Source: Octopus vulgaris
Taxonomy: Eukaryota
Reading direction: 5' to 3'
DNA length: 64,000 bases
Assembly (NCBI GenBank): GCA_951406725.2
Contig: OX597831.1
Coordinates: 23,436,001 to 23,500,000, forward strand
The notes below the pieces were generated by a model, which saw only the letters and a program-made list of their open reading frames with translations, made no database searches and had not been told where the DNA came from. A program made the translations under genes and the position numbers. Shown piece after piece: positions 24,337 through 37,825 of the stretch (its first letter is position 1; each line of letters opens with the position of its first letter).

Positions 24337-24724
24337 AGAATCATTTTTTGCTTTATATGTTTGCTTGTTCCCTGTAAAACAACAAATATAAGAAAAGAAA
24401 AAGAAAAAGGAAAGTATAATAAAGAAAAATATTTAGGTATGTATTTTAAACACAGATATTTATTATCATAATTCTAATGCCCGGGAGACTTTTGGAACCT
24501 TTCATTTCATTTCTTATCATTTAATATTGATTTTTTTAATACTTTTTTCTGAAATTTGATTTTGCATAAACTTTCCACTATTTTTGTCATGATTTCATAC
24601 AAAATAGAGCAAAATATATTTTGTAAGTATTAAACTTATAAAACAATGTTATTAAAGAGATAAGTTTTACTCTTCCTAACTGAATTTTATAATAAAAGCA
24701 TCAAGTGACGAAGGAAAAGAAATG

Positions 24725-25570
24725 CATGTCTCTACCTGCCTGTCTACCTGTCTATTGATCTATTTGTCTGTCTATTTGTCTATCTATTTGATCAATCAAT
24801 CTATCTGTTTATCTGTCGATCAGTCAGTCAGTCTCTCTCTCTAGTTATCTATCTATTGACTGGTCTATCTGTCTATTTATTTATTTATTGATTGATCTCT
24901 CTGTCCATCTATTCATCTATCTATTGATCTGTCTACCTGTCTATCTATTTATCTATTCGTTGGTCTGTCTGTTTACCTAGAGATCAGTCTGTCTATCTAT
25001 CTATTTATCTATTGATTGATCTCTCTGTCCATCTATTCATCTATCTATTGATCTGTCTACCTGTCTATCTATTTATCTATTCGTTGGTCTGTCTGTTTAC
25101 CTAGAGATCAGTCTGTCTATCTATCTATTTATCTATTGATTGATCTCTCTGTCCATCTATTCACCTATCTATTGATCTGTCTACCTGTCTATCTATTTAT
25201 CTATTGGTTGGTCTGTCTGTCTGTTTACCTATAGCTCAATCTGTATGTCTGTCTATCTATTTATCTATTGATCAGTCTCTCTGTCTATTTATCTATCAAC
25301 CAGTCTGTCTGTCTATTAATCAGTCTGCCTACTTATTTATCAATCAATCTATTCATCTATTGATCAGCCTATCTGTCTATCTATCTGCTTATCTATCAGT
25401 CAGTCTGTTTCTTTAGTTCTCTATTGGTCAGTATGTCTGTCTATCTACTTATCTGTCTTTATGTCTATTCTACCTATATATCTAGCTGTCTCTATTGATC
25501 TCCCAGCCTATCTGCCTGCCTGTCTTTCTGTCAGTCTGATTATCTGTCTGTCCATCTGAATGTCTGCCTT
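24725..25570. repeat. Degenerate (CTAT/CTGT)n with a 124-bp higher-order tandem unit (~3 copies)
   Basis: gatctctctgtccatctattca recurs at 24894, 25018 and 25142. Confidence 0.9.
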
Positions 25571-25594
25571 CTTTGTTTCCTTCCAGTTTCAGTA

Positions 25595-25880
25595 CACAGA
25601 CATGTGTACCCTTATGATAGTTCTCAGAGAAATTAACATGCTGAGCACTCCACAGACACATATACTCTTAAGATAGTTTTCATAGAAATTAAGCAAGACA
25701 CAGAATATGACAAGCATAGCCCTTTGAAATACAAGTACAACTTATTTTTGCGAGTTGAATGGACTGGAGCAATGTGAAATAAAGTGTTATACTCAAACAC
25801 ATAATTCACCCCTAGGAATTGAACTCACGTCCATATGATTGAGACCCAGATACCCTAACCACTGAGCCATGTGCCTTCAT
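25595..25880 (-). mobile_element. SINE with family B head/CORE and a different 3' tail
   Basis: 25740-25880 matches the family B head and CORE. 25595-25740 (gagcactccacagacac...ccctttgaaatacaag) is unrelated to the family B tail. Confidence 0.7.
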
Positions 25881-26099
25881 TTGTATTCCATTAACTGTAT
25901 GCCTAATCTGGACAGGTGGTGTTGAATCTCTGCTCAGTTTTTGTCAATTTATTTTCACTTATCAGGTATTAGAGAGCTTGAGACTATTGTAGATGACTCT
26001 TGTCCAAGGTGCTGTACAGTTAGATTGAACCCAGGACCATATGGTTGTGAAGCAAAATTCTTAAACATATTATGCTTTGCTAAGCATAGGCTAAGCGTT

Positions 26100-26487
26100 T
26101 AGGCACAGGCATGGCTGTGTGGTAAGAAGTTTGCTTCCCAACCATGTGGTTCTAGGTTCAATCCCACTGCACAGCATCTTGGGAAAGTGCCTTCTGCTAT
26201 AACCTTGGGCCAACTAAGGCCTTGTGAGTGGATTTTGTAGACAGAAACTAAAAGAAGCTGGTCATGTGTGTATGTGTGTGTTTGTCCCCTACCACTGCTT
26301 GACAACCAGAGTTGGTATGTTTACATCCTTGTAACGTAGTGGTTCAACAAAAGAGACTAATAGAATAAGTACCAGGTTATACAAAAAATAATAAGTACTG
26401 AGGTGGATTCATTATATGAAATTTCTTCAAGTTCTGTTCCAGCATGGCCACAGTTTAAGGATCAAAGCAAGTAAACAAGTGAAAGAT
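26100..26487 (+). mobile_element. SINE family A (older)
   Basis: Head, short (TG)n and tail colinear with other copies. An inverted degenerate head lies at 25955-26065. Confidence 0.8.
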
Positions 26488-27936
26488 ACTGCTATACTAT
26501 GCACTTGTAAAACATATATAAAGTAGATTTTAAAAGTGTTTCATAGTGAAACTCATTTTCCTTTGGGACAACTGGATAATGTTTGGAACATTAGAACAGT
26601 TGGTTTATATAAAAGTTCCAACCTCAGTCCTTTGCTTTGCTTAGAAATCTCACTTGGAAAACATGTAAAAATTTTATCAATCAAAACTTTGTGTCAACAA
26701 CACATCAAAAGATGAAGAAATGGTCAGAGAAAAAAACAAAAAAAAAAAAAAAACAAAAAAAAAAAAAAAAAAAGACGTTGCTAAAGGAACCAATTTTTTT
26801 TTATTGTATAATTTTTTACTTTATATTGTAACAATTTTGTTTAATGAGAATCTTTCGTGCCTTTAATTATCTTTTCAACACAAGGAATACACTCGTCAAG
26901 TATTTCAGCTGTATCTAGTACAAATTACAATCTGAGAAGAAAAAAAACTAAAAAAACATTTTATTTTTTTATGTCTTGCTTCATTACCATTTTTCCCTTT
27001 TTATTTATTCATTTATTTTTACATTTTGTTTTTTAGTTTGTATTTAAAGAACAAACTTAGAATGTAATAACATTTCTAATTATTGAGTTTTGGTCCCAAA
27101 TCCCAAACAGCGAACAATTTAACTTGAGCAACGCAGAACATTTCACAGCTGTGTGGTTATATTCAGTTATACTGATAATGATTCTGTGGTGTATCTCACC
27201 GGTAATTTTGTCTAATGTAATTTAGTGCTTTTATTCAGACAAGTCTCAAAGCTACACCAGTGACTGTTGGTCTTGACGTGACACAAAATTAGTAATCTAA
27301 TCAGCCTTTTTATTTATCATTTATTTTTGTTTTTATGTGTGTGTTATGTAAATATTTCAAAATCATTACACTACCATATTTTTTTGGCAAAGAGGGACAA
27401 GTGGCTGTTTTTTTTTGGGGTTTTTTTTTTTCATGTGTGGTGGCAATGGGGCAAGAGGTTATGTGGGAGATACAATTGAAAGACAAAAATTTCTATCGTG
27501 TTAACCAGCCCTTATCAAGTTTTCCAGTATGTCTTAAAATCTTGAAATGAAAGTTGATGGTAGCGGGTGAGTAGCTGCTTACAATATGAATGCAATGAAA
27601 GGTGAAGTGAATGCATGCTGTGAAATTGAGGCATATAAGCACAAGCATGGCTGTGTGGTAAAAAGCTTGCTTCCCAACCACATTGTTCAAGGTTCAGTCC
27701 CACTGCATGGAACCTTGGGCAAGTGTCTTCTACTATTGCCTCCAGCCAACCAAAGCCTTATAAGTGGATGCTTAATGGTATTTTGTCCCTCTTGTGTTCT
27801 GAGTTCAAATTCTGCCTAGGTTGACTTTGCCTTCCATCTTGAGTTCAAGGAGATAAGCACCAGTCAAGCACAGGGACCAATATAATTTACTAGCCCCTCT
27901 CCCAAAATTTCAGGACTTGTGCCTATAATAAAAGGT

Positions 27937-27976
<40 letters not shown>

Positions 27977-28209
27977 GTAGCAGTAGTTGTACATTTGATT
28001 CTTGTAGTGTGAAAATGTTTTTCCTTCTCCTTTCAAGATATAATTTATTCAAGCACTTCCAGATGAAATTTCCTTTGGAGTACTTGTAAAAAAAAAAAGA
28101 ACTTTATTCAAATATTACCAGGCAAAATGTTTTTTAGATAATTTGTGAAAAGGAACCTTACATCAGGAAAACTTGCTGTCAATACAAGAAAAAAACATAA
28201 GTGAACATG

Positions 28210-28362
28210 CAGGAGTGGCTATGTGGTAAGAAAGTTGGTTCCCAACCACATGGTTCTGGGTTCAGTCCCCCTGCGTGACACCTTGGGCAGGTGTCCTCTG
28301 CTACAGCCTCAGGGCAACCAAAGCCTTGTGAGTGGATTTGGTACACAGAAACTGAAAGAAGC

Positions 28363-28368
<6 letters not shown>
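28210..28368 (+). mobile_element. SINE family A head followed by ~250 bp of (TA)n
   Basis: Matches family A head. Another partial head at 27645-27770. Confidence 0.88.
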
Positions 28369-28445
<77 letters not shown>

Positions 28446-28449
28446 ATAT

Positions 28450-28499
<50 letters not shown>

Positions 28500-28548
28500 G
28501 TATATATATATATGTATGTATATATATATATGTATGTATATATACATG

Positions 28549-28622
<74 letters not shown>

Positions 28623-29871
28623 TAAGACCAATCTATAGTGTAAAAGAGTTTGGGTTGGGGAACGCTGCTCTTGGTGACTCCCAGCCTTGGGGATGTCACG
28701 TGCTAGCAACTGAAAAAAGTGTAACAGCCTTTACAGTGTTCATAGAATTAAATAAGAAAATGATAAAAGAAACTAGTAAAAACTCCTTAAACTCCCTTCC
28801 ATCATACATCTCACAATGTAGTTTAATCCGCCTTAAATGTCACTAAGTGGTTGAATGCTAACAGAACTGTAGAGGGATGATTTCCAATAATTAGTGCTAC
28901 AGTGTAGCATCACTGATAAACTGATTATCATCTCATTGATTTCGTTTTAATTAATATCGATGAGTATGCAAGTATCATGAAAGGAGAATTTGGATCCTTC
29001 TCCTTAATATGAACTCAATAAACAGAGAGCCTCACCACCACCACCGCCACCACCAACAGCACCACCATCATCATCATCATCAACAACAACAGCAACACTA
29101 CCAACAACATCACCGTTCTGTCCTGGTCTTCTTTTCAATTGCTAAGATCCAAGTCTGATTCATTAAGGTTCTCCTTCAGTGAACAGCAGGAGAAACTTGA
29201 AGCATGTTGCGTCTTCATTAATTCCTAATTTCTTGGTCCTTTTGATGTGATGTAATAAGGATTTGGAAGGGGGGTCAGAGTTTCTGTTGCAATTAGGTAA
29301 TCTCTAATTTCAAGAGAAGCAGTGGCAGTAATCTTTAGAACTAGTAGTATTAGTGGTGGTGATGGTGGAGGAGGAGGAGGGGGAGGGGAGAGGAGAAAGG
29401 GGAGGAGGAGTCTTAGTACCTGGATTTGTATCAGTTATCTGCTGTAGTAATTTTACAAATGGAACCATTAACGTAACCGACCACTCATGCCATGGCCTAT
29501 CATCAACATCCATGATATCAATCCAACCACTTGTCATTCTCAATGCATTCACCCACCACACCTAAAATTACATAACTGGTAAAGAGATCCGCCCCCCTCT
29601 GTGGACACTTTAGATATGTGAAACAACAGCCAAATTTCATTCAAATCTGTTTAAGTTGTCGCTCAGTTTAATAATGCCTTACAGCTCATAAGTGCTTTTA
29701 GCAGAGCCCATTCTGTTGTACGAATTTCTGCCATATACGTACATAAGTATGTGTGTGATGGAGGCACACATATGCTGTCCATCAGGTGCCATGCAGAGGG
29801 ATTGAACCTGAAATAATGTTACTGGGAAGCAAATCTCTTAGCACAAACCCATGCCTGCATATATATGGTGC

Positions 29872-30205
29872 AAATGTGGCTGTGTGGTAAGAAGCTTGCT
29901 TCCCAACCACATGGTTCCAAGTTCAGTCCCACTATGTGGCACCTTGGACAAGTGTCTCCTACCATAGACTCAGGCCAACCAAAGCCCTGCGATTGGATTT
30001 GATAGACGGAAACTGAAAGAAGCTTGTCGTGCATATATATACATATGTGTGTGTGTGTGTATGTATTTCTGTGTGTGTGTGTTCGTGTCTGTCATTCCAT
30101 CCCACCACTACTACCACCATCGCTTGACAATTGATGTTGGTGTGCTTGCATCCCTGTGACTTTGCAGTGCTCCAGCATGGCCACAGTCAAATAACTGAAA
30201 CAAGG
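29872..30205 (+). mobile_element. SINE family A, tail partly deleted
   Basis: Head 29872-30030 and tail to aactgaaacaag. An inverted head fragment lies at 29760-29857. Confidence 0.8.
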
Positions 30206-30247
30206 TAAATGAGGAAAAGAGCTTTTTATTGCATCTACTCATCTTCA

Positions 30248-30278
<31 letters not shown>

Positions 30279-31239
30279 CATACATATATACATAGACTTA
30301 GACAAGCACACATAGACACATACACATGTACACACACACACACACACACACACATGCATATCAAGAGAGACAGACATACAGAAAGGTATAGACACATACA
30401 TTCCCACATACACACATATATACACACCTATTTAAGAGTGTATATGTAAGAATGCTACTACAGATGTACAGTTCCCAACTATCAGAAATTTACGTAATCC
30501 TGTAGATCAGGATAATTGTAATTCCTTAACATATTGATTTCCATTTTGGAATGTATCACTTGTAATTCTTCTTTTAACCTATAGATTTTACTCTGCTGCA
30601 GCAACAAGATACTGCAACAATCCTAAGCTGACATACGAAATGGTTTAAATCTAAAGCAAACTAGTACTTATTATTAATTTCTGTCAATCTGTGATTTAAT
30701 TAAATCATTTGATCAATGCCCCCCCACCCAAGAATGTCTTTTTTTTTTTTTTTTTCATCTCTCTCTTTTGTTCCTTTGTAACGATGAGGCAGCTACGTGC
30801 TATGTGCACCGACAAATAAACCATTACACCGTACTAGACACACACGAGTAAAAGGAAAAGGAATGCTATATACATACATCCGTACATAAATACACACATA
30901 CATGAAGCATACATACATACATACATATATATATGTATATGTATGTATGTATGTATGTAGGTATGTATGTATGTATGTATGTGTGTGTCTGTATACATGT
31001 ATATATATATATATGTATATATATATGTGTATATATATATATATATGTGTATATATATATGTATATATATATATGTATATATATATGTATATATATATGC
31101 ATATATATGTATATATATATATATGTATATATATATGCATATATATATATGCATATATATATATGCATATATATATGTATATATATATATGCATATATAT
31201 GTATATATATGTATATATATATTGTGGCTGATGACAGTA

Positions 31240-31478
31240 CAGCCTGATCGGCACGCAAAAAGCACCATTCAAGCATGGTCAATGCCAGTGCCGCCTGACT
31301 GGTTCCGTATTGGTGGCATGTAAAAAGCACTATTTGAGCATGATCATTGCCAGATGGGATTGGCGCCTGGTGCAGCCTTCTGGCTCACCAACCCTCAGTC
31401 AAACTGTCCAACCTATGCCAGCAAAGAAAGCGGACATTAAACAACAATAACGACAACGATGATGATGATGATGATGAT
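31240..31478 (+). mobile_element. SINE-like family C (internally deleted)
   Basis: ggcacgcaaaaagcacc subrepeats, cctggtgcagcc, and ...gcggacattaaac followed by (gat)n. Confidence 0.75.
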
Positions 31479-31809
31479 GATTATGATATATATAACACTC
31501 ACTGCTAGAAATGATAGTCAAACAACTCAGCCATGAGAAAGCACTTATCTTATGACAAGGGAAGCAAGCTCCCCACAGCAACCAGGACTTAGCCAGATCA
31601 CCAGTGATTTTACATTTGATTAATGCTTGACAGTGGCTCTCACCCAGCTGCCTAGGGCTAAGCTAGCTCATCTTGTCAGTTTATAAGAGTTACTGTACAA
31701 ATCATACACTGAATTCATAAATGGTAAAAGTGAAAATTATAAATAATAAAGGTGGCTTCAGTTGTAAATTGTGAATAAGACACCTTTATGACATACATAT
31801 GATTGACTG

Positions 31810-32110
31810 TAGGATTGCGCCTAGAAGGTTACCCTCCCAGGCACAAGTCCGGGCAAGGTTGTTTATGGAAGACCAGCAATCGCCCATGCATACCAGCCTC
31901 CCCTCTCCATGCCACTGATGTTATCCAAGGGAAAGACAAAGGGGCCGATACAGCTTGGCACCTGTGACGTTGCAACTCATTTCTACAGCTGAGTGAACTG
32001 GAGCAACGTGAAATAAAGTGTCTTGCTCAAGAACACAACAGGCAGCCCGGTCCGGGATTCCAACTCACAACCTCACGATCGTAAGCTCGACGCTTTAACC
32101 ACTGAGCCAT
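31810..32110 (-). mobile_element. SINE family B
   Basis: Highly similar to 380-676. Confidence 0.9.
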
Positions 32111-32204
32111 TCTGTGACAGAGGCAACGGCAACATGTCATTGGCCACAAGGACAATGTCAGCAGTAACAACTGTGACACTTAAAGGTGTGGTAACAATGA
32201 CGAT

Positions 32205-32425
32205 GGTAGAAGAGGTGATGGTGGTGATGGTGGTGGTGGTGGTTTAGGTGGTGTTTTAGGTGGTGTTTTAGGTGGTGTTGGTGGTGGTGATGGTGGTGGT
32301 GGAGTTGGTGGTGGCGGTGATGGTGGTAGTGGTGGTGATGGTGATGGTGGTGGTGGTGGTGATGGTTGTGGTGGTGGTGGTGATGGTGGTGATGGTGGTG
32401 GTGCTGGTGCTGGTGCTGGTGCTGG

Positions 32426-32456
<31 letters not shown>

Positions 32457-32520
32457 GGTGATGGTGGTGGTGGTGGTGGTGGTGGTGGTGATGGTGGTGG
32501 CGGTTATGGTGATGGTGATA
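32205..32520. repeat. (GGT)n microsatellite
   Basis: Direct reading. Confidence 0.95.
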
Positions 32521-33059
32521 CCGATGGGTCAGCAGCAGTGACACTGGTGACTACTTGAACAAAAGAAGATACAGACATACATAAATTTGCCCTGTACACT
32601 CATACACATAAGTGCATTTGAAATTTTGAAAATATATATCATAGTTAACAATCGCAAATTGATAGATTACACCAACGGTGACAGACGAAATACCTTGGGA
32701 TATTTATTTCCCCGGGGTCCCGAGATAAATGCCATCGAGGTCGGCTTTGACTTTGATCTTTCCTCAATTCAATCAAATAAATATAAGTCACTTATGTTGA
32801 TTGAATTAACAATACTTTTTCTCCAAAACTGATGGCTTTGTGCCAAGACAAGAAATTATCTTTTTAATATTATCATCAAGTGCCATTTGTTAATTGTCAT
32901 GAGCAACATATTTTGAATATATAGACACTTTTGAAGGTTGTTCTTCATCATGGCGACAGTCCAGTAATAGAAACCAGTAAAAGAACAAAAATAAGCTGAA
33001 TTCTTCAATGGTTTAAAGCAGCAAAGATTCCTGTATCGAAGCAACAAAGATTCTTGCCT

Positions 33060-33340
33060 GTCTCTTATCTTTAACCTGTTTCAGTCATTTGACTGTAGGC
33101 CATGCCGGGGCACCACCTTGAAAAAATTTAGTTCAGCTTATTAACTCCAGGACCTATTAGATTTTGTAAAACCTGCTACTTATTCTATAGGTGTCTTTTG
33201 CCAAACTGCTAAGTTACATGGTCGTAAACACATCAACACCAGTTCTCAAGCAGTGGTGGGAGATAAATATATAGACAGACACACACATATATATATATAT
33301 ATATTACAAGCTTCTTTCAGTTTCCATCTACCAAATCAAT
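33060..33340 (-). mobile_element. SINE family A tail plus partial head
   Basis: ctgtttcagtcatttgactg...gcttctttcagtttccatctaccaaatc. Confidence 0.75.
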
Positions 33341-33408
33341 ATATATAAATACATATATATATGTTGTTTACTGTTTGGTGACGTCCTGTACCCATATATT
33401 CATGTGTG

Positions 33409-33448
<40 letters not shown>

Positions 33449-33529
33449 CACACACACACACACATATATATACACACACATATATATTATTTATATTATA
33501 TATATACATATATATATCTATATCTATCT

Positions 33530-33738
33530 ATCACTGCGTGTGTACCGTTGGCAATTTTTTTTCCTCCGTCTTACCTTCTTTGGATCTTTCCTTTTCCTAT
33601 GTTTCCAACATAGAGCTCCGCTCGAAACGTTAAACCCTCCTTCTTTCCTTCTTTCCTGAGCGTCCAATAATACTATATTTGTTCCACGTCCTCGCGTTGT
33701 TGTGTTTTCTCTTTGTGTTTTCATGTTTGGATTAACTA
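33530..33738 (+). mobile_element. PLE pseudo-LTR-like module with decayed minimal hammerhead (33601-33635)
   Basis: gttt-ccaacat-a-gagc-tcc-gctc-GAAACGTT-aaac. Downstream ttcctgagcg...aatac...ttgtt is shared with 48705-48918. Flanked by (TA)n. Confidence 0.65.
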
Positions 33739-34636
33739 TATATATATATTTCCAACCCATGCTAGCATGGAAAGCGGACGCTAAATGATGATGATGATGA
33801 TGATGATGATATATATATATATATATCTTATTTGTAATATATATATATGTATATATATTTCGTTGATGCTCATCATTAGACATCATCAGAAATTGGGCAG
33901 AATAGCAATTACTAAAAACTTTAAAGAATTTAGTAGTGTGCGGTTCATAACCAGCGAAGATAATGTGACCAGACTGTCAATGTTAACGTGATGTTACAGA
34001 AAATAAAGAAGGACATCGCTTACTTCATTTCCTAGTATTGTCTCATAGAAGGATGCCTTTAATAGAAGGAGGATGATACATAACCAGAGTGGAAACTGAT
34101 GAAGCAGCTGTCAATCATCCAATACTCTAGGATGAAGTATTAATCTTTAATGAACTCATGATAACAGCTTGTAGTTTAGTACATCTCTCTTAGAAGAATG
34201 AAGAACCCTGTCTAAGTGGATTAATGGGGATAGAAAAATGATCTGAAAATCAAAGGAAACTTTTAAAATCCATCTAAAAATATAGAATTGATGATGGCTA
34301 ATCAACAAACAATTTTTCAGCATTTAAAAGACATCTTTTGTATTTTGTTTTGTTTCGATCAATTGAATGTGGCCATCCTGGGGCACTTCATTGAGGAATT
34401 TTAGTTGAATTTATCAATCCCAGTACTTGTTTTCATGTTAAGCCTGGTACTTACTCAGTTGGTCCCTTTTGCCAAACTGCTAAGTTACAGGGATGTAAAC
34501 ACACCAACACCAGTTGTTAAGCTCTGCTGGGGGAGAAACACAGGCACAAAGACACATATGCATACACACACACATATGTGCACACACACATGCATGCACA
34601 AACACACACACACACATTACAACTTTATGCCTTTAC

Positions 34637-35030
34637 ACCTTTACTTGTTTCACTCATTTGACAGTGGCCATGCTGGAGCACCACCTTTAGTCGAGCAAAT
34701 CAACCCCTGGACTTATTATTTGTAAGCCTAGTACTTATTATATCGGTCTCTTATCAAACCGCTAAGTTATTTGGACGTAAATACACCAGCATTGGTTGTC
34801 AAGCGATGTTGGGGTGACAAACACAGACACACAGACATACACACACACATACATATATATATACATATTTATGACAGGCTTCTTTCAGTTTCCGTCTACC
34901 AAATCCAATCACAAGGCTTTGGTCAGCCCGAGGCTATAGCAGAAGGCACTTGCCCAAGGTGCCACACAGTTGGACTGAACCTGGAATCATGTGGTTGGTT
35001 AGCAAGCTACTTAGCACACAGCCACTCCTA
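34637..35030 (-). mobile_element. SINE family A, full length
   Basis: Reverse complement of 58396-58815. An additional tail lies at 34345-34550. Confidence 0.9.
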
Positions 35031-35535
35031 CATATATATATAATTAAAAGGTAATGTAATAATGCATTATAGAGGCTATATTATACACAATTACTAATTA
35101 TTTATGAATATATCAATGGCCAAACATGTTATCATAAAATACATAGAAGAAGAATGTTAATTATGAACAAGTCTCAATTATAACTAAGTGGGTTTCAAAA
35201 CCCTTACATGTTTAGAAATAGCAGTCAAAACCACTATAAAGTCATTTAAATCACTCGTATTATTTCTCTTCACAATAAAAGCTGTCTGTGGGTGACATGA
35301 CAAACAGAATCCACAACTTAAAAATAACTGGTTAATTCCCTATTGCAATTTCAACATTAGGGATCTATTGAGGGATCCATTTGTCTCTTCAGGGGAATAT
35401 TCCTGCAGATAGAAATCAAAACAAGACCTTACCTTGGGGCTAATATGTATCCCAGCAGGCAAGAGAAATGTGTCAACCTCTATCTACCCATTATTCATAC
35501 ACACACACACACAAACACATACACACACACACACA

Positions 35536-35893
35536 CATCATCATCATCTTTTTACGTCCGTTTTCCGCGCTAGCACGGGTTGGATGGTTCGACCGGGGTA
35601 TGGGAAGCCAGGAGGCTGCACCAGGCTCCAGTCTGATCTGGCAGTGTTTCTACAGCTGGATGCCCTTCCTAATGCCAACCACTCCGCGAGTGTAGTGGGT
35701 GCTTTTTACGTGCCACCTGCACAAGTGCCAGGGGAGTCCGGCATCGGCCACGATCGGTTGGTGCTTTTAACGTGCCACCGGCACGGAAGCCAGCCAAGGC
35801 GGCGCTGGCATCGGCCACATTCAGATGGTGCTTTTTATGTGCCACCAGCACTAGAGCCAGTCGAGGCAGTGCTGGCACCGGCCAAGCGGTGCT

Positions 35894-35897
<4 letters not shown>
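35536..35897 (-). mobile_element. SINE-like family C (young, CpG-rich)
   Basis: Core as at 8315, with three ggtgctttt subrepeats. Confidence 0.88.
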
Positions 35898-35935
<38 letters not shown>

Positions 35936-36041
35936 CATACAAGAGAATTTGTTTTGTGGTTTGCCTTTCTGTACGGGAATACATTCCTCTCCATATATAT
36001 ATATATATGTATGTGTGTGTCTATATTTATATATACACACA

Positions 36042-36196
36042 CATATATAAAGAATATGAAAAAATGGAGAGATGATTAATAAAACCATTTATTAATTATA
36101 AAATATGGCAACTCTGACAGCTGTTGTCATATTTTATAATTAATAAATATTTTTATTAATTAACTCTTTATTTTCTCCTTATTCTTTAAATATATA
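36042..36196. repeat. Imperfect palindrome centred near 36118
   Basis: atttattaattataaaatatggcaac / gttgtcatattttataattaataaat around tctgacagct; outer arms are more degenerate. Confidence 0.75.
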
Positions 36197-36335
36197 AATA
36201 TATGAACCATGGTTTATATGGTTACCTTATAGTTGAACTTTTTTATGGATTGGTAACTAACCAGTATTTTCAACGGATTTATGATCCCTCAATGAGGTTT
36301 ATTACCTTTACTTGAATATATATATATATATATAT

Positions 36336-36418
36336 AGGGAGAGTTTACGAAAAAAACAAAGGACGAAGACAGGTGATGTACAAAACAAACAGATGTATTA
36401 GTATAACACTCAGGAATA
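36336..36418 (-). mobile_element. 3' fragment of the 48705-48918 module in (TA)n
   Basis: Minus strand attcctgagtgttatactaatacatctgtttgttt...cacctgtcttcgtcctttg aligns with 48835-48915. Confidence 0.7.
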
Positions 36419-36420
36419 TA

Positions 36421-36516
<96 letters not shown>

Positions 36517-37196
36517 CACCTAGTTGTCCGGATGTTTTGTGTTCTTGTCCCATTTTGTATTTTATTTTATATATATATATATAGCGGCGTATGTACTCTT
36601 TGTTCTCTCTCTCTCTATATATATATATATGTATGTATGTATAGGTTTCTTTTCAGTTTCCATCTAGCAAATCCACTTTGATCAATTTGTGGTTATAGTA
36701 GACGATGCTAGCCCAATGTGTCACACGGTGGGAGCGATCCTGGAACAGTGTGGTTGGGAGGTAAACTTCGTCCATAATCCTTCAGTGAAATGATCTAAAT
36801 ATGAAATCCGCTGACACTTTTATAAGAATTTGGAGACTTGATTAAAAGAAAAGAAAAGTCTCAGCAATTAGAAAGTGAACTACCAATCTTATAAGAAGGT
36901 AGGGACTAATGTAAGAATACCGTTGAGGTTTGTTGATTGGGAATTAATGTGGCAACCTTAATAAATTTAAGAAACTTGTTTAAGAGCTTCAGTGTAATTC
37001 TGCTAATGGGAAATTAATTAACAAACATTCAGACATTAAAACAACTTACGATTTTGCATGAAAACTCTGTCCCTATGAGGGAGCTTTGTTACTAAATCCC
37101 GCAGCATACTTGAAATAGCATTAACATTAATTTTCCCCAGTTTACATTTCATTGTCCTAAGAAAAAAAAGAAAAGATTGGATGGTATGAGCTTAGG

Positions 37197-37825
37197 GGTG
37201 GTGTGTGGTAAGAAGTTTGCTTTCCAACTAGATTGTTCTAGGTTCAGTTCCACTATGTGGCATCTTGGGCAAGTGTCTCCTTGAATAGACTCATGCCAAC
37301 CAAAATCTTGTGATTGGATTTGATAGAAGGAAACTGAAAGAAGCCTGCCATATATATATGTATACTCATGTGTGCATGCATGTAAGTGTGTGTGCATGTA
37401 TGTGTTTGTGTGTGCATGCATGTATATGTGTGTGTACATACATGTATATGTGTGTATCCATACATGTATATGTGTGTGCATGCATGTATATGTGTGTGTG
37501 TGCATGCATGTATATAGGTGTATGTGTGTGCATGTATATGGGTGTGTGTGCATGCATGTATATGGGTGTGTGTGCATACATGTATATGCTTTTGTGTATG
37601 TGCGTGAGTGTGTGAGTATGTGGGTGTGTGTCCTTCTGTCTTTGTTTGCTCCCACCACTGTTTGACAACAGGTGATGGTTTGTTTTCATCCCTGTAAATA
37701 AAAGAAGTACCAAGGTTTAAAAATAGTAATCACTGGGGTTGATTCAATTGACCAAAATTTCTCCAGAATGGTGCCCCAGCATAGCCACAGTCTAATAACG
37801 GTAACAATTAAAAGATAAAAGAAAA
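37197..37825 (+). mobile_element. SINE family A with expanded internal (TGCA/TG/TA) repeat
   Basis: Head 37197-37348, ~280 bp of internal repeat, tail 37630-37825. An inverted degenerate head lies at 36640-36770. Confidence 0.8.
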
